Below are positions 26,571-36,444 of a DNA stretch of 64,000 nucleotides, piece after piece; within the stretch, counting starts at the first letter, position 1; every line of letters begins with the position of its first letter. Position numbers and translations under genes: made by a program. The notes under the pieces were generated by a model, which did not search any database, was not told the origin of the DNA, and was given only the letters and a program-made list of their open reading frames with translations. The stretch spans positions 62,001 to 126,000 of the forward strand of contig NW_025764891.1 in the NCBI RefSeq assembly GCF_003918875.1. Direction: 5' to 3'. This stretch comes from Haliotis rubra. Taxonomy: Eukaryota.

Positions 26571-27202
26571 AGCTGTCCGAATCTCCAATAGAGTATTGTA
26601 TTTTCAGGTCCGTGGTTCCGAATCAAGAAGCATCTCAATTAAAATTCGTTCGTCTGCATTATAGTCGTTTCTCAATTCTTCAACAAAGAGGTCAAGGTCA
26701 ACGACATACATCAACTGGGTTTCTTCCATTCAGACGTGACATATCTGATTATCTTGATTTATTTCGAGATTGAAAAGTTAAAGACCGGGGTATGTGTTTA
26801 TCAGGTTGAAGCATGTCAATAGATAACGAGACTGTGTTTTCAAAATGCCTGAAGATTTACCACACTGAATTGAATTCAGAAACAAACACGCATTGTGACG
26901 CAATGGTGTGACGTCAAAGTCGGATACATAGGAACGCGCCTAGTCTTAAGCCGTCTTTTGTCCCTTAAACTTATAATACTCGTTCTTAGTAGATTTGTAT
27001 CGCATTTCCTGCCTTAAAATGCCGCAGGTATTGTGAAGATTATAGTAATGTTACCTTGCACAGAGTAACCATAAAATACTAGTCCAATTTAACCTGAAAC
27101 TGTGCTTGAGCAGAGTAATCATTGATTGATGCTGGTTAAAATGTTACCTGATTACTTAACCTGTCAGGTAAGTTTTTGACTGTAACAGATCATTAAATTG
27201 CC

Positions 27203-27700
27203 TTTAACTCTATGTATCCGTGTGTCTTTAATTCTACTTACCTGTGTGACATTAATTCCACTTACCTATGGTTATAATTCAACTTACCTGTGTCTTTAAC
27301 TCTGATTACCTATATGTCTTTGACTCTGCTTACCTGTGTGTTTTTAATTCCACTTACCAGTGTGTATTAAACTCCATTTACCAGAGTGTCTTTAACTCTA
27401 CTTACCAGAGTGTCTTTAACTCTATTTACCAGAGTGTCTTTAACTCTATTTACCTGAGTGTCTTTAATTCCACTTACCAGTGTGTCTTTAATTCCACTTA
27501 CCTGAACGTATTTAACTCTACTTACCAGAGTGTCTTTAACTCTATTTACCTGAGTGTCTTTAACTCTACTTACTGGGCGTCTTTAATTCCACTTACCTAT
27601 GTGTTTATAATTCAACTTACTTGTGGGTCTTAAACTCTGTTTACCTGGGATGTCTTTAATTCTGCTTACCTGTGCACTTTTATATCTACTAACCTGTGCA
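27203..27700. repeat. 24-bp minisatellite
   Basis: Unit ttaactctacttaccagagtgtct; 8-aa periodicity in ORF 27268..27633. Confidence 0.9.
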
Positions 27701-27789
27701 CGTTTATATATGCAAATGTACTTACCTTTTGTCTACATACCTGCTTATATATATGAACCTTTTATGGAATCATAATTTGCATCCTTAAA

Positions 27790-28680
27790 ATGGTCCTTCA
27801 CCCTGACCACCTCGTGGTTTCACCAAAAAGGTAAACTTCGACGACGTACCTCTCTGCATGTCGGGACTTTCCACCAACACTAATCACATGTGACTACAAT
27901 GCGGACAAAAACATAACCACAAATTCACTCACTTACGAATAAATATACTGACAACATTTTCTCTTATCCAAAAATTACCTTGTGATCAATGGATTGCTGA
28001 TGGTCTCATGGAAGATCGTGCCTATAATTCATATCCATAGGCTGCCTTAACCGATCAATCTGATCATTCGTTTCTCAATCGCGTTCCTTATCGGCTCTTG
28101 TAATATGTAACATGGCAATTGACATTTAGCGTATAAACACGATAACGTTGATTGTCTCGGGCAGACTGGCTATCGGTTTGGTTTGTGCCCAGAACTCTCG
28201 AGTTTATTTCGAGCTATATCATATTGAGGTTGTTGGCAGAAGCATAATGAACTGTCTGGTGTTCAACAGTAAATATGTTGTTATCTTGATATACTTCTAT
28301 GGCTAAGCACATAAACAGATTCCTCATAATCGACGCTCAAAATAGCAGTCAACGAAGGCTATCAAGATCCTCGTGAATTCGAGTTAATTTGTAAATCCTG
28401 CGATACCTGATCTAAACGGCTAGTGAAACTGAATGCGCAGACAACAAAGTCTCGGAATAGACGCATCTTTTAAATAGCCTGGTGTTTACTTCATTTGAAA
28501 TTGGAAATCGGTGGGAATAAATAGCACAGCCACAATGGTTTGTGGCGTCATATAGAGCATTAGAAAAACATACGTCATTGAGGTCATTGGATCCACATGT
28601 GTTTGGTTCTATCATATGAACGATAATATACGGCAAGCATACCTAGAATCTTTAGCTATATTTGAATACCAGCATCACCT
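27790..28680 (-). pseudogene. Possible very decayed LINE ORF2 3' end (RNase H-like plus CCHC; I/Nimb-like)
   Basis: Minus strand TCGSNDLNDVCFS...SHRFP (cf. TDGSK...SYRLP), AFVDC, then CPHC...VLVESP; many stops and frameshifts. Confidence 0.3.
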
Positions 28681-29029
28681 TTGGCGACTTGTGCAAAATG
28701 ATATTTTCATGTTGATATTTTATACGAGATAAAATAAACACAATGATGTATTTATTGTTATTTGAAAAAAGACAAATAATTTAACGGTTTTACTTACTCA
28801 TCGCTGACCGAGAGCCTGTGTGTCATTGAAGAAGACCGAAAGTAGTTCCGGCTTAAACTGTTGTTTCAGTTGAATTAAATTTTGATTTCATGTATTTCAG
28901 GTAAATATGATATTTTATCCCTAAATTCATAATAAATGGGGTGACAGACAGTCAGCTGCACGTGCAGATGTAGCGTGCAGCGCAGTCTTGTTATACCAAA
29001 ACACCGTAAAAACAGCGACGGTTATTCCT

Positions 29030-29660
29030 CCGTGGAGATCCGGGTTAGATGGACGTGCCAGTTATATTCGGACACTTGACGTCATTTCCATAGACTTACA
29101 TGTTATTTCAGTGTAGCATAAATAATTTTCATGAGGTGAGTTTAGGATAGAGCTTTGTAAAATTTGACAGGCAAATTTGAAATAATCTCTGCTCTGCGCA
29201 TACAATTTCAGTTCAATTTTCCGACCACTATTTAACTAGTAACATCAAATTTATCAACTTACATATAGTTTCCACAATGCACAATCCAATAGGCCGCCAT
29301 GTTAAAGGAGTTCACGGCCATTCGATAAATAAGCAACGGAAAATTAAACAGAAATTATGTGATTGTAGGTAAGGTGATTCCTCACATATGTGCAAAATAT
29401 GACTTGGATCATACGAAAATTAAATTAATGAAAATTATTTATGCTACACTAAATTAGGATGTAAGTCTATGGAAGTTACGTCAAGTGTCCGAATATAACT
29501 GGCACGGGTCTGTAAGAGGCGACTAACGGGATCGAGTAGTCAGGTTCGGTGGCTGATGTCTGATGACTTGATCGATGCTCATGATGTCAGTCACTGGATT
29601 GCCTGCTCACACTCAATTATTTACAGACTGCTGACATATAACTGAACTGACAAACAAAAC
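29030..29660 (+). mobile_element. Retroposon family B, split by a MITE
   Basis: Head ccgtggagatccgggttaga at ~29030-29049; remainder gtaagaggcgactaacgggatc... from ~29512. Confidence 0.75.
29054..29506. mobile_element. MITE with ~80-bp imperfect TIRs
   Basis: cgtgccagttatattcggacacttgacgt... / ...acgtcaagtgtccgaatataactggcacg. Confidence 0.9.
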
Positions 29661-29807
29661 TATGGAATCCTAGAAGGGACATCGTCGTCTTGCCACCCTC
29701 ACAAAAGCAAGCAAAAAGTGGTCAAAATAACCAAAGTGCGACAATGCGACAACGTAACATTTTGGTCATTTGTCGCATTGTCGCCATATCGCGCTTTGAA
29801 TAATATA

Positions 29808-31397
29808 CTATCCCCAAAAAGGCGATTTGTTAAAAAATAAATCTATTAATTACCTATGGTGTTCAAACAATCGTCAAAATATGTAACATAAGTGTTCATA
29901 ACATAATTTTACACAATTGCACAAGTCAAAATCTATTTTACCTGAAAATGGTGATTTTGATGACAGAGATTTCTTACAAGGATAAAAAAGGTATCGCCAC
30001 AACGCAACAGAAATCACCTTCCAGTTGAAATTGTGCAGCAAAGAGCATACACTGTCTGGCAATAAAAATCCAAATTACTTTCGGAAATTGGCATTCGTTT
30101 TGAAGGAGTTTCAAGGTCAAATCACTACGCCACGTCTTGACTCTGCGACAAGGAACATCGCCATTGAAAGAATGCACGATGGAGATTTTGTGTCTTGACT
30201 TTGGAGGCTATTATTTTTAATTGCAATGAACTTTTCCACATAGAAAATTTCTTTCAAAACAAACAGGAACTTTTGAAGTTTTGGAGTGTGTTGATTAATC
30301 CCACATAACTGGATATATTTTTGGGCAGTTAGGATAATATGGTTTAATAATCTGTCTGTGTTTAAAGTTCCAAACCAAACAAGATATTTAGTTATTTTAG
30401 TCGCATTCTCAATATGATTATTTATCCAAACTTCAAGTTCATTCCAGAATGTTTGTGTTTCTCTACATTCCCAATATACATGACAAATATTCTCATTCAG
30501 TTCATTACAAAAACAGCAAACAGAATTGTCAGCAAGTTTCATTTTAAATAGTTCATTTTTAGTATAGATAATACCATGTAAAAACCTGTATTGGAAATCA
30601 AGTAATTTGACATCTTTCAAACCATTTCTATATGTCGTAAAAATCTGATTCCAATCAAAAGTAACATTAGCGAAAGATTCTTGCCATTTAAGACACATTT
30701 TAGGTAAATCTTCATCGGAAATCAAGGCGTCATAAAAAATTCTAGAGCCTTTGCAAGATTTCAATAAAGTCAAATGACACTCAGTTATGAGTAAATCAAA
30801 AACAGGGATGTTTCTAGAGCGTCTAATTGTATATTTCCAAGATTCAGGAAGTATATTCAAAACATGCAAATAGTCCAGGTATGTGCCTTTAATACTATAT
30901 ATTTCCTTCAACTTGTCAAAGGATAAAAAAACAGTTTGAATGTTAGTCTGAGCACGATATCACGGCTTGCAGCTCGCTACAACCAAACAGGTATAACAAA
31001 TGACCGTCCCCGTACAGGCAGACCTCGAGTCACCACTGCAGCCCAAGATTGGTACATCCGGGTACTACATTTGCGTGATCGTACTGCCACGGGTGAGAGC
31101 ACAGCAGCCAGGGTGCCTGGACTTCGGAGGATATCCGGTCAAACTGTACGGAACAGGTTGAAAGAGATTGGTCTGAAAGCCAGGAGACCCGACGTCGTGA
31201 CCGTGCTACGTCGTCACCATCGCGCTCAACGTCTCCGTTATCTAAAAGTATCCACTTGGTTGTATAGACATTACCTTCTTCTAAACTGGTGTAAAACTTC
31301 ATGCACTAAAGTCTATTTGTAGACGAGTTAAACATGTTTGAAAAAACAACATTTTCGCAACAGATTTCTGGCCTATGCGTTTCTTTTTGGGGATAGT
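29808..31397 (+). mobile_element. Internally deleted Tc1/mariner element
   Basis: TA-flanked TIRs ctatccccaaaaa / tttttggggatag; transposase (T)PRLDSATRNIAIERMH from 30127, resuming NVSLSTISRL...DRPRTGRPRVTT...TVRNRLKEIGLKARRP at ~30936-31245. Confidence 0.85.
30198..30934 (-). pseudogene. L1/Tx1-type ORF2 C-terminal fragment (zf-RVT-like) inside the Tc1 element
   Basis: Open frame with KLLDFQYRFLHGIIYTKNELFKMKLADNSVCCFC...ENICHVYWEC...FW. Confidence 0.85.
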
Positions 31398-31538
31398 ATA
31401 TTTTATCGATTCAACTAAAGGGCGACAATGCGACAATGTCCCTTCTAGGATTCCATACAGAACAGACAGTTACCGTTGGGACGTTTGTGTACTTAAAGGG
31501 GCATCGATACATACCTAATCCACTACAGCGTTCCGTAA

Positions 31539-31693
31539 GTGTTACTCAATCGTTCATTCCATTACCATTTATTTTTCCCTTCCACCTTCAATGTAAAAAC
31601 TAATTAATAAGTGTTATTTTAAGTTTAAATCGATTAACAAGTCACATTTCACGGTTGTAGTCATTTTCCTGAAATAGAAGAAAGGAGCGTTAT
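31539..31693 (-). repeat. Inverted copy of 25261-25415
   Basis: Direct reverse-complement match. Confidence 0.9.
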
Positions 31694-31925
31694 TGTCGCT
31701 AATTCAAGTATGCATAGCACATTAAAGCTCCAGTCAAACATTTATATTGACAGTTAATGGGAGTGAACGCTTCTATGTACTGCTATTTATTCAAGCCATC
31801 AAATAATGTGGTGGGCTTTACCGTGACGTTTAGACTATGTTTCATCAACATGATGGCTTGTACATCTAATGTGACTTGTTCACTGATGTGTAACGATGCA
31901 CAGGGTGCAATCGTGACATCACTCA

Positions 31926-31990
31926 TACAACGTTTACTGGAGGCGGAGGGTGACAAAATACAACGTTTACTGGAGGCGGAGGGTGAAAAA
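31926..31990. repeat. ~32-bp tandem duplication
   Basis: atacaacgtttactggaggcggagggtga twice. Confidence 0.9.
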
Positions 31991-32162
31991 ACAGTGCAAC
32001 GTCAACGAAAATCATTGCGGAATTTATCCTTGGGGATTGGGGGTTAAAACCGGTCCTCCGCAACCGGTGCGTGTCGTAGAGACGACCGGATCGTGTAGTC
32101 ATCCACGGTGCATTAGTTGTTGCCACCGTACTCCGATTGTCGATCGTTGATCGGTCGTTGAT

Positions 32163-32304
32163 AGTTGGTTGTTGGTTGTCTGTTGTTGAACGCCGCACTC
32201 AGCAATATTTCAGCTACATGGCAATCCAGTGATCAACAGCATGATCATCGATCTACAAATTTGGGATACGATGACATGTGTCAACCAAGTCAGCGAGCCT
32301 GACC
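32163..32304 (-). mobile_element. Family B fragment
   Basis: Tail and body of family B; head absent. Confidence 0.8.
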
Positions 32305-32504
32305 GGAACAAGTCTAATTTCGCTAATCCGGATCTTAGTGCATGGCTCAAAACAGGGAGTCTTTGAACAGTGGCATTTTGAACAGTCATTGGTTTAAAGA
32401 AGAACGTGTTCAAGGTCACTGACGCCATTTCGGCCATCCGACTTAATTTATAATAGTTACAGTTTGCATTTGTTATTGTTGGTCAGTAATGTTCTAGTTT
32501 TAAG

Positions 32505-32669
32505 TGGGCGGTGGAGTAGTCTAGTGGTTAAAGCGTCTGCTCGTCATGCTGAAGATCCGGGTTCGATTCCCCACACAGGTACAATGCGTGAAACCTATTT
32601 CTGGTGTCTCCCACCATGATATTGCTGGAATATTGCTAAAAGCGGCTTACAACTAACTCTCTCACTAAC
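32505..32669 (+). mobile_element. SINE family A with TSD
   Basis: tctagtttta on both flanks. Confidence 0.9.
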
Positions 32670-32912
32670 TCTAGTTTTACGTATATTTGATCGAGCTTGG
32701 ATCAGACAGCCCATTGATTGATGAACAACGATTCATTTCCATATGCCACTGGGAACATTGACGGTCTTAGCTGCAGTGGGGGACTACGTCATCAATGGCA
32801 ATGAAATAGCGAGTGGTTGTGGTTTTACGCCCTTAGCAGCCAATACTACAAATACCTCTCAAACTGGTTTTAATACAGCTCACCACCTCACTCAATGGTT
32901 GCAGCCAAAGAA

Positions 32913-33158
32913 GTGGTTGGTTGGTTGGTTGTTTAACGCCACACTCAGCAATATTCCAGCTATATGGCAGCGGTCTGTAAATAATCGAGTCTGGACCAGA
33001 CAATACAGTGATCAACAGCATGAGCATCGATCTACGCAAGTGGGATACGATGACATGTGTCAACCAAGTCAGCGTGCCTGACAACCGATCCCGTTAGTCG
33101 CCTCTTACGACAAGCATGGGTAACTGAAGACCAATTCTAAGCCGGATCTTCACGGGTG
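32913..33158 (-). mobile_element. Retroposon family B, full length, 10-bp TSD
   Basis: TSD agccaaagaa at 32903-32912 and 33159-33168. Confidence 0.95.
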
Positions 33159-33229
33159 AGCCAAAGAAAGGAAATATATTAATCGTATATATGTAAGGTA
33201 CTTCTACCAAATCTGTCCACCTGTCGAAC

Positions 33230-33910
33230 GCAGTTCGGCACAAAACGTTCGTGTCACGTTGTCTCCCAACGTCAGACGATTTCTGATGGTTTGGACGGAA
33301 ATTCTTCGAAGACTAGGCACCTGTCCTGCAGTGTCCGTTGATGTAGCAAATCAGTGACGTCGGTGAAACTGCCGGATGAATCGGTCCTGAGCAGGAGTGG
33401 TCATCCCCGGTCTTCCACTTCTGGGACGATCTTGTGTCAAATTAAAGCAGGTATATCGATGCCATGATCGCGATATGGTGCTGTGGTGGACGCTAGTCAG
33501 TGTCTTGCAACTGCAGGCTGGCACTCCCCTGCTTCCAAACGTCCAATTGCGATATTTCGGTAACATTCAATCTTGGCATTTTTATCTTTGTTTACGTCGT
33601 AAATTTCGTAATGAGATGATGAATTTGGTTTGGCCTTTTATAGCCGATGTCCCTACTATATATTCCGATATATTGCACGTGTATTGCGTAGAAAACCTTT
33701 TCTGCATGCACTTTTCATGTATCGTTTTCATTTTTGTATGACAAACGTTTACAAACACAGCTTGGGATGCGTTTGCACGCAATACACAACAACTATGATG
33801 AGATTAACGGGATTCAAACATAGGAATTGTCTGAATGATGATTGCTGTCAAAAATATATCGAAATGAACTGCTGAAAACGCCTATGCGTTTCCTTTTTTT
33901 GAAGAGTTTG
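33230..33910 (-). mobile_element. Tc1-like remnant (5' TIR plus transposase N-terminus)
   Basis: Minus strand VHHSTISR...QDRPRSGRPGMTTPAQDRFIR; end gcctatgcgtttccttttttgaagagt resembles the Tc1 end at ~31371-31397. Confidence 0.8.
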
Positions 33911-34371
33911 GAACTCGGGTTTCGAAACTTTAGAAAAGTCTATACAGATGTAAGGGGCGGCAACACTGGACGGTGGACAGGCTGAGGCACCTGGCTTGAT
34001 TACGTGTGCTCGCGCCATCAAGGGTAGTCGCTCCGATTTCAAGTTTGTCCTCGTATTTAACCTGACAAAAGGGACATCGCGTTCCCATTGTGTTCCTATT
34101 GTGTTCCCAATTAGTCACATGGTCTGATTCGGACAAGACATCAGTTATCCACTCTGTCCTAACGAGGGTCGGGTTGTCTGAACATGGGGTGTGGTTGATT
34201 TGCATCAGCAACTTGTCTGTTAGACCAATCCTGGACTATTGTAGCTGCGGTTATGTCCCTTGGACTATTGGCGCTGTAGGCGCATTTCGTTCACTCTACT
34301 CCCACGAAATACTTGATATACCCCTAGTTGAACATACATACCCCTATTCAGACCCAGTATAGAGACTTCTA

Positions 34372-34518
34372 GCCGGGTTGTCCTTGTCGTATATTCTTAA
34401 TGCCGAGAGCCGACCCAGGGTAACAACAAATACCATCTGTTAACGTCTTTGGTATTGTGGAACCAACACCCTCTATTGTCCAGGCAACCACTTTGTCCAC
34501 TAGACCACGGAAGTGGTC
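34372..34518 (-). mobile_element. Degenerate family C-related SINE
   Basis: Reverse complement gaccacttccgtggtctagtgg...ataccaaagacgttaa...ctcggcattaa. Confidence 0.65.
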
Positions 34519-34534
34519 ATTACTGCATTGGCTG

Positions 34535-34750
34535 TGTGTTGATTCCACTCTTAACAATATTCCAGCAATATTACGGTGCTGAACATCAGAAATTGGCTCC
34601 ACACATTGTACCCAAGTGGTGAATCGAACCCAGGTGTTCGGCGTGACGAGGGAAGACTTTAACCACTAGGCTACCCCACCGCCCCTTTATACCACTAGGC
34701 TACCCCACCGCCCCTTTATACCACTAGGCTACCCCACCGCCCCTTTATAC
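34535..34750 (-). mobile_element. SINE family A with its 5' 29 bp triplicated
   Basis: accactaggctaccccaccgcccctttat x3 from 34662. Confidence 0.85.
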
Positions 34751-35146
34751 AAGCGGGCACGCCACATAATACGTCCTACCTATCGGCAATGAATGATCTT
34801 CAGAAAGTTTTCTCTCTTTATTCTAAACCAGACTTTTAACTACTTGTTCATATAATGAATGTTATATTTGGAAATGAAGTTGCGTTTACCTTCAGCAAGA
34901 GCAGAATGCGGTATAGCAAATTTGATGCTCTGTTATGCTGTATGTTCGTTTTCCACCGTATATTTATTCTCAACCATATATTGATTAAAACCACCACGAG
35001 ACTTTAACTGCCTTAAACATATTCTTCTAGGATTACTGAAAAATATTTTAAGGCAATTTAATTCAATTACTGTTTTGTGAAATGCTGATAGTCTAGTATC
35101 AGTATTGCACAAAACAATGATTCATTTCCAAACCCCATAGCTAAAC

Positions 35147-35297
35147 TAGAAAGCTTTGGAATAAAGGAGGTATCACTGATGACGTTAGCACAGGTTTTCA
35201 CTGGCATATAAAACTGACAACATCATCTGCAACATCACAGCTGTGTCATCGTCCTCTGGTTCCCTAGACAGGCACTCGGGACAAAATATATCTGCAG
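35147..35297 (+). repeat. ~150-bp direct duplication (copy 2 at ~37008-37164)
   Basis: Shared tatcactgatgacgt...catctgcaacatcacagctgtgtcatcgtcctctggttccctagacag...caaaatatat. Confidence 0.9.
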
Positions 35298-36011
35298 CGT
35301 CCACGTAGGCACAACAAATTGTCACATCTTGTCCAGGAGTCACACGTTGCGGTGTACGACCCTAAGAAATATGGCGGGAGATCTCGGAACATCCCTGCGG
35401 ACTTGTATGCTAGAAATGTCCGGAATGCTATTAACTACTCGCCTACACAAGGGCGTTACTTTTATCATATTATTGCATTCTTTCGTCGTAAAGGTGTGAA
35501 TATCGCAATACACGGACAGTTAACCTTCACCTTACAAGTATCGTAGACGTATCTTATAGATAACGACTTGTACCCGCGACGTGTAGGTGAACGACCGCTT
35601 ATTCAGGCCTCTAGAGTGCTGTTCAGGCTCTCTCTGTCCTGATGGGGAGTCAAAGCGAGACGATACATGCAACTACATAAACTCGCCTTGTGGGACATGA
35701 CAGGTACCCCCGATGAACGAACAAGTAGATGAATAAGGGTAATGCAGTCTAACATCAGTATGAATATGCTTGTATTTTGAATGTCATTATCAACAAATTG
35801 TGGGTGGGGAATAGACTAACGCTTAGTCACTGAATATATGTAATTTTGATAGTAACAAATAGACCTATTTAAATTGAAAAGGAGCCCCAGTGAGATGGGA
35901 GGTTCTGAACCTTAGGAAACCGTGCTTTATTTAGGGCCTTAGACTTGTAGGGAGTGCAAGGCAGTAGGGAAAATAATGTGGTTCTAGGGCTGTGAGACAG
36001 ACTAGGTGGGG

Positions 36012-36166
36012 AAGTCTGGAGTTTTAACGCCGTATTCAACATTCAAACAGTATGATGACAGGCGACCAGATCAAATGGGCGTCACACAGTATCATTGTAC
36101 CCACATGAGGAATCGAACCAGGGCCTTAGGCGTGACGAGCAAATGATTGAACCCTTAGGCTTCCAC
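36012..36166 (-). mobile_element. SINE family A, degenerate
   Basis: cattgtacccacatgaggaatcgaacc...gcgtgacgagc. Confidence 0.7.
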
Positions 36167-36231
36167 TACGGAACTAAGAGTATGTTAGGTATAGTGTATG
36201 TCAAGTCTGTTTCGATTGTGCAAGACCAATA

Positions 36232-36444
36232 AAGATCCGGGTCAGAATTTATCTTCAGCAACCCATGCTTGCCGTAAGACGCGTCTAACGGGATCGGGTG
36301 GTCAGGCTCGCTGACTTGGTTGACACATGTCATCGTATCCCAGTTGCGTAGATCGATGCTCATGCTGTTGACCACTGGATTGTCTGGTCCAGACTCGATT
36401 ATTTACAGACCGCCGTCATATAGCTGCAACTAAACTCTCTCACT
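36232..36444 (+). mobile_element. Retroposon family B
   Basis: aagatccgggtcagaatttatcttcagcaacccatgctt...tttacagaccgccg. Confidence 0.9.

Larger units (their letters stand above)
29661..31457. mobile_element. Non-autonomous TIR element hosting a Tc1 insertion
   Basis: 22-bp TIR tatggaatcctagaagggacat / atgtcccttctaggattccata; subterminal gcgacaat repeats at both ends. Confidence 0.85.

Noticed and set aside
28820-28910. Host first exon (ttccgg motif and caggtaaat donor)
   Set aside because: Motifs are short and no downstream coding exons could be linked.
35175-35220. Hammerhead ribozyme or C/D snoRNA at CTGATGA
   Set aside because: No GAAA with supporting stems; the CTGA box is too close and absent in the duplicate copy.
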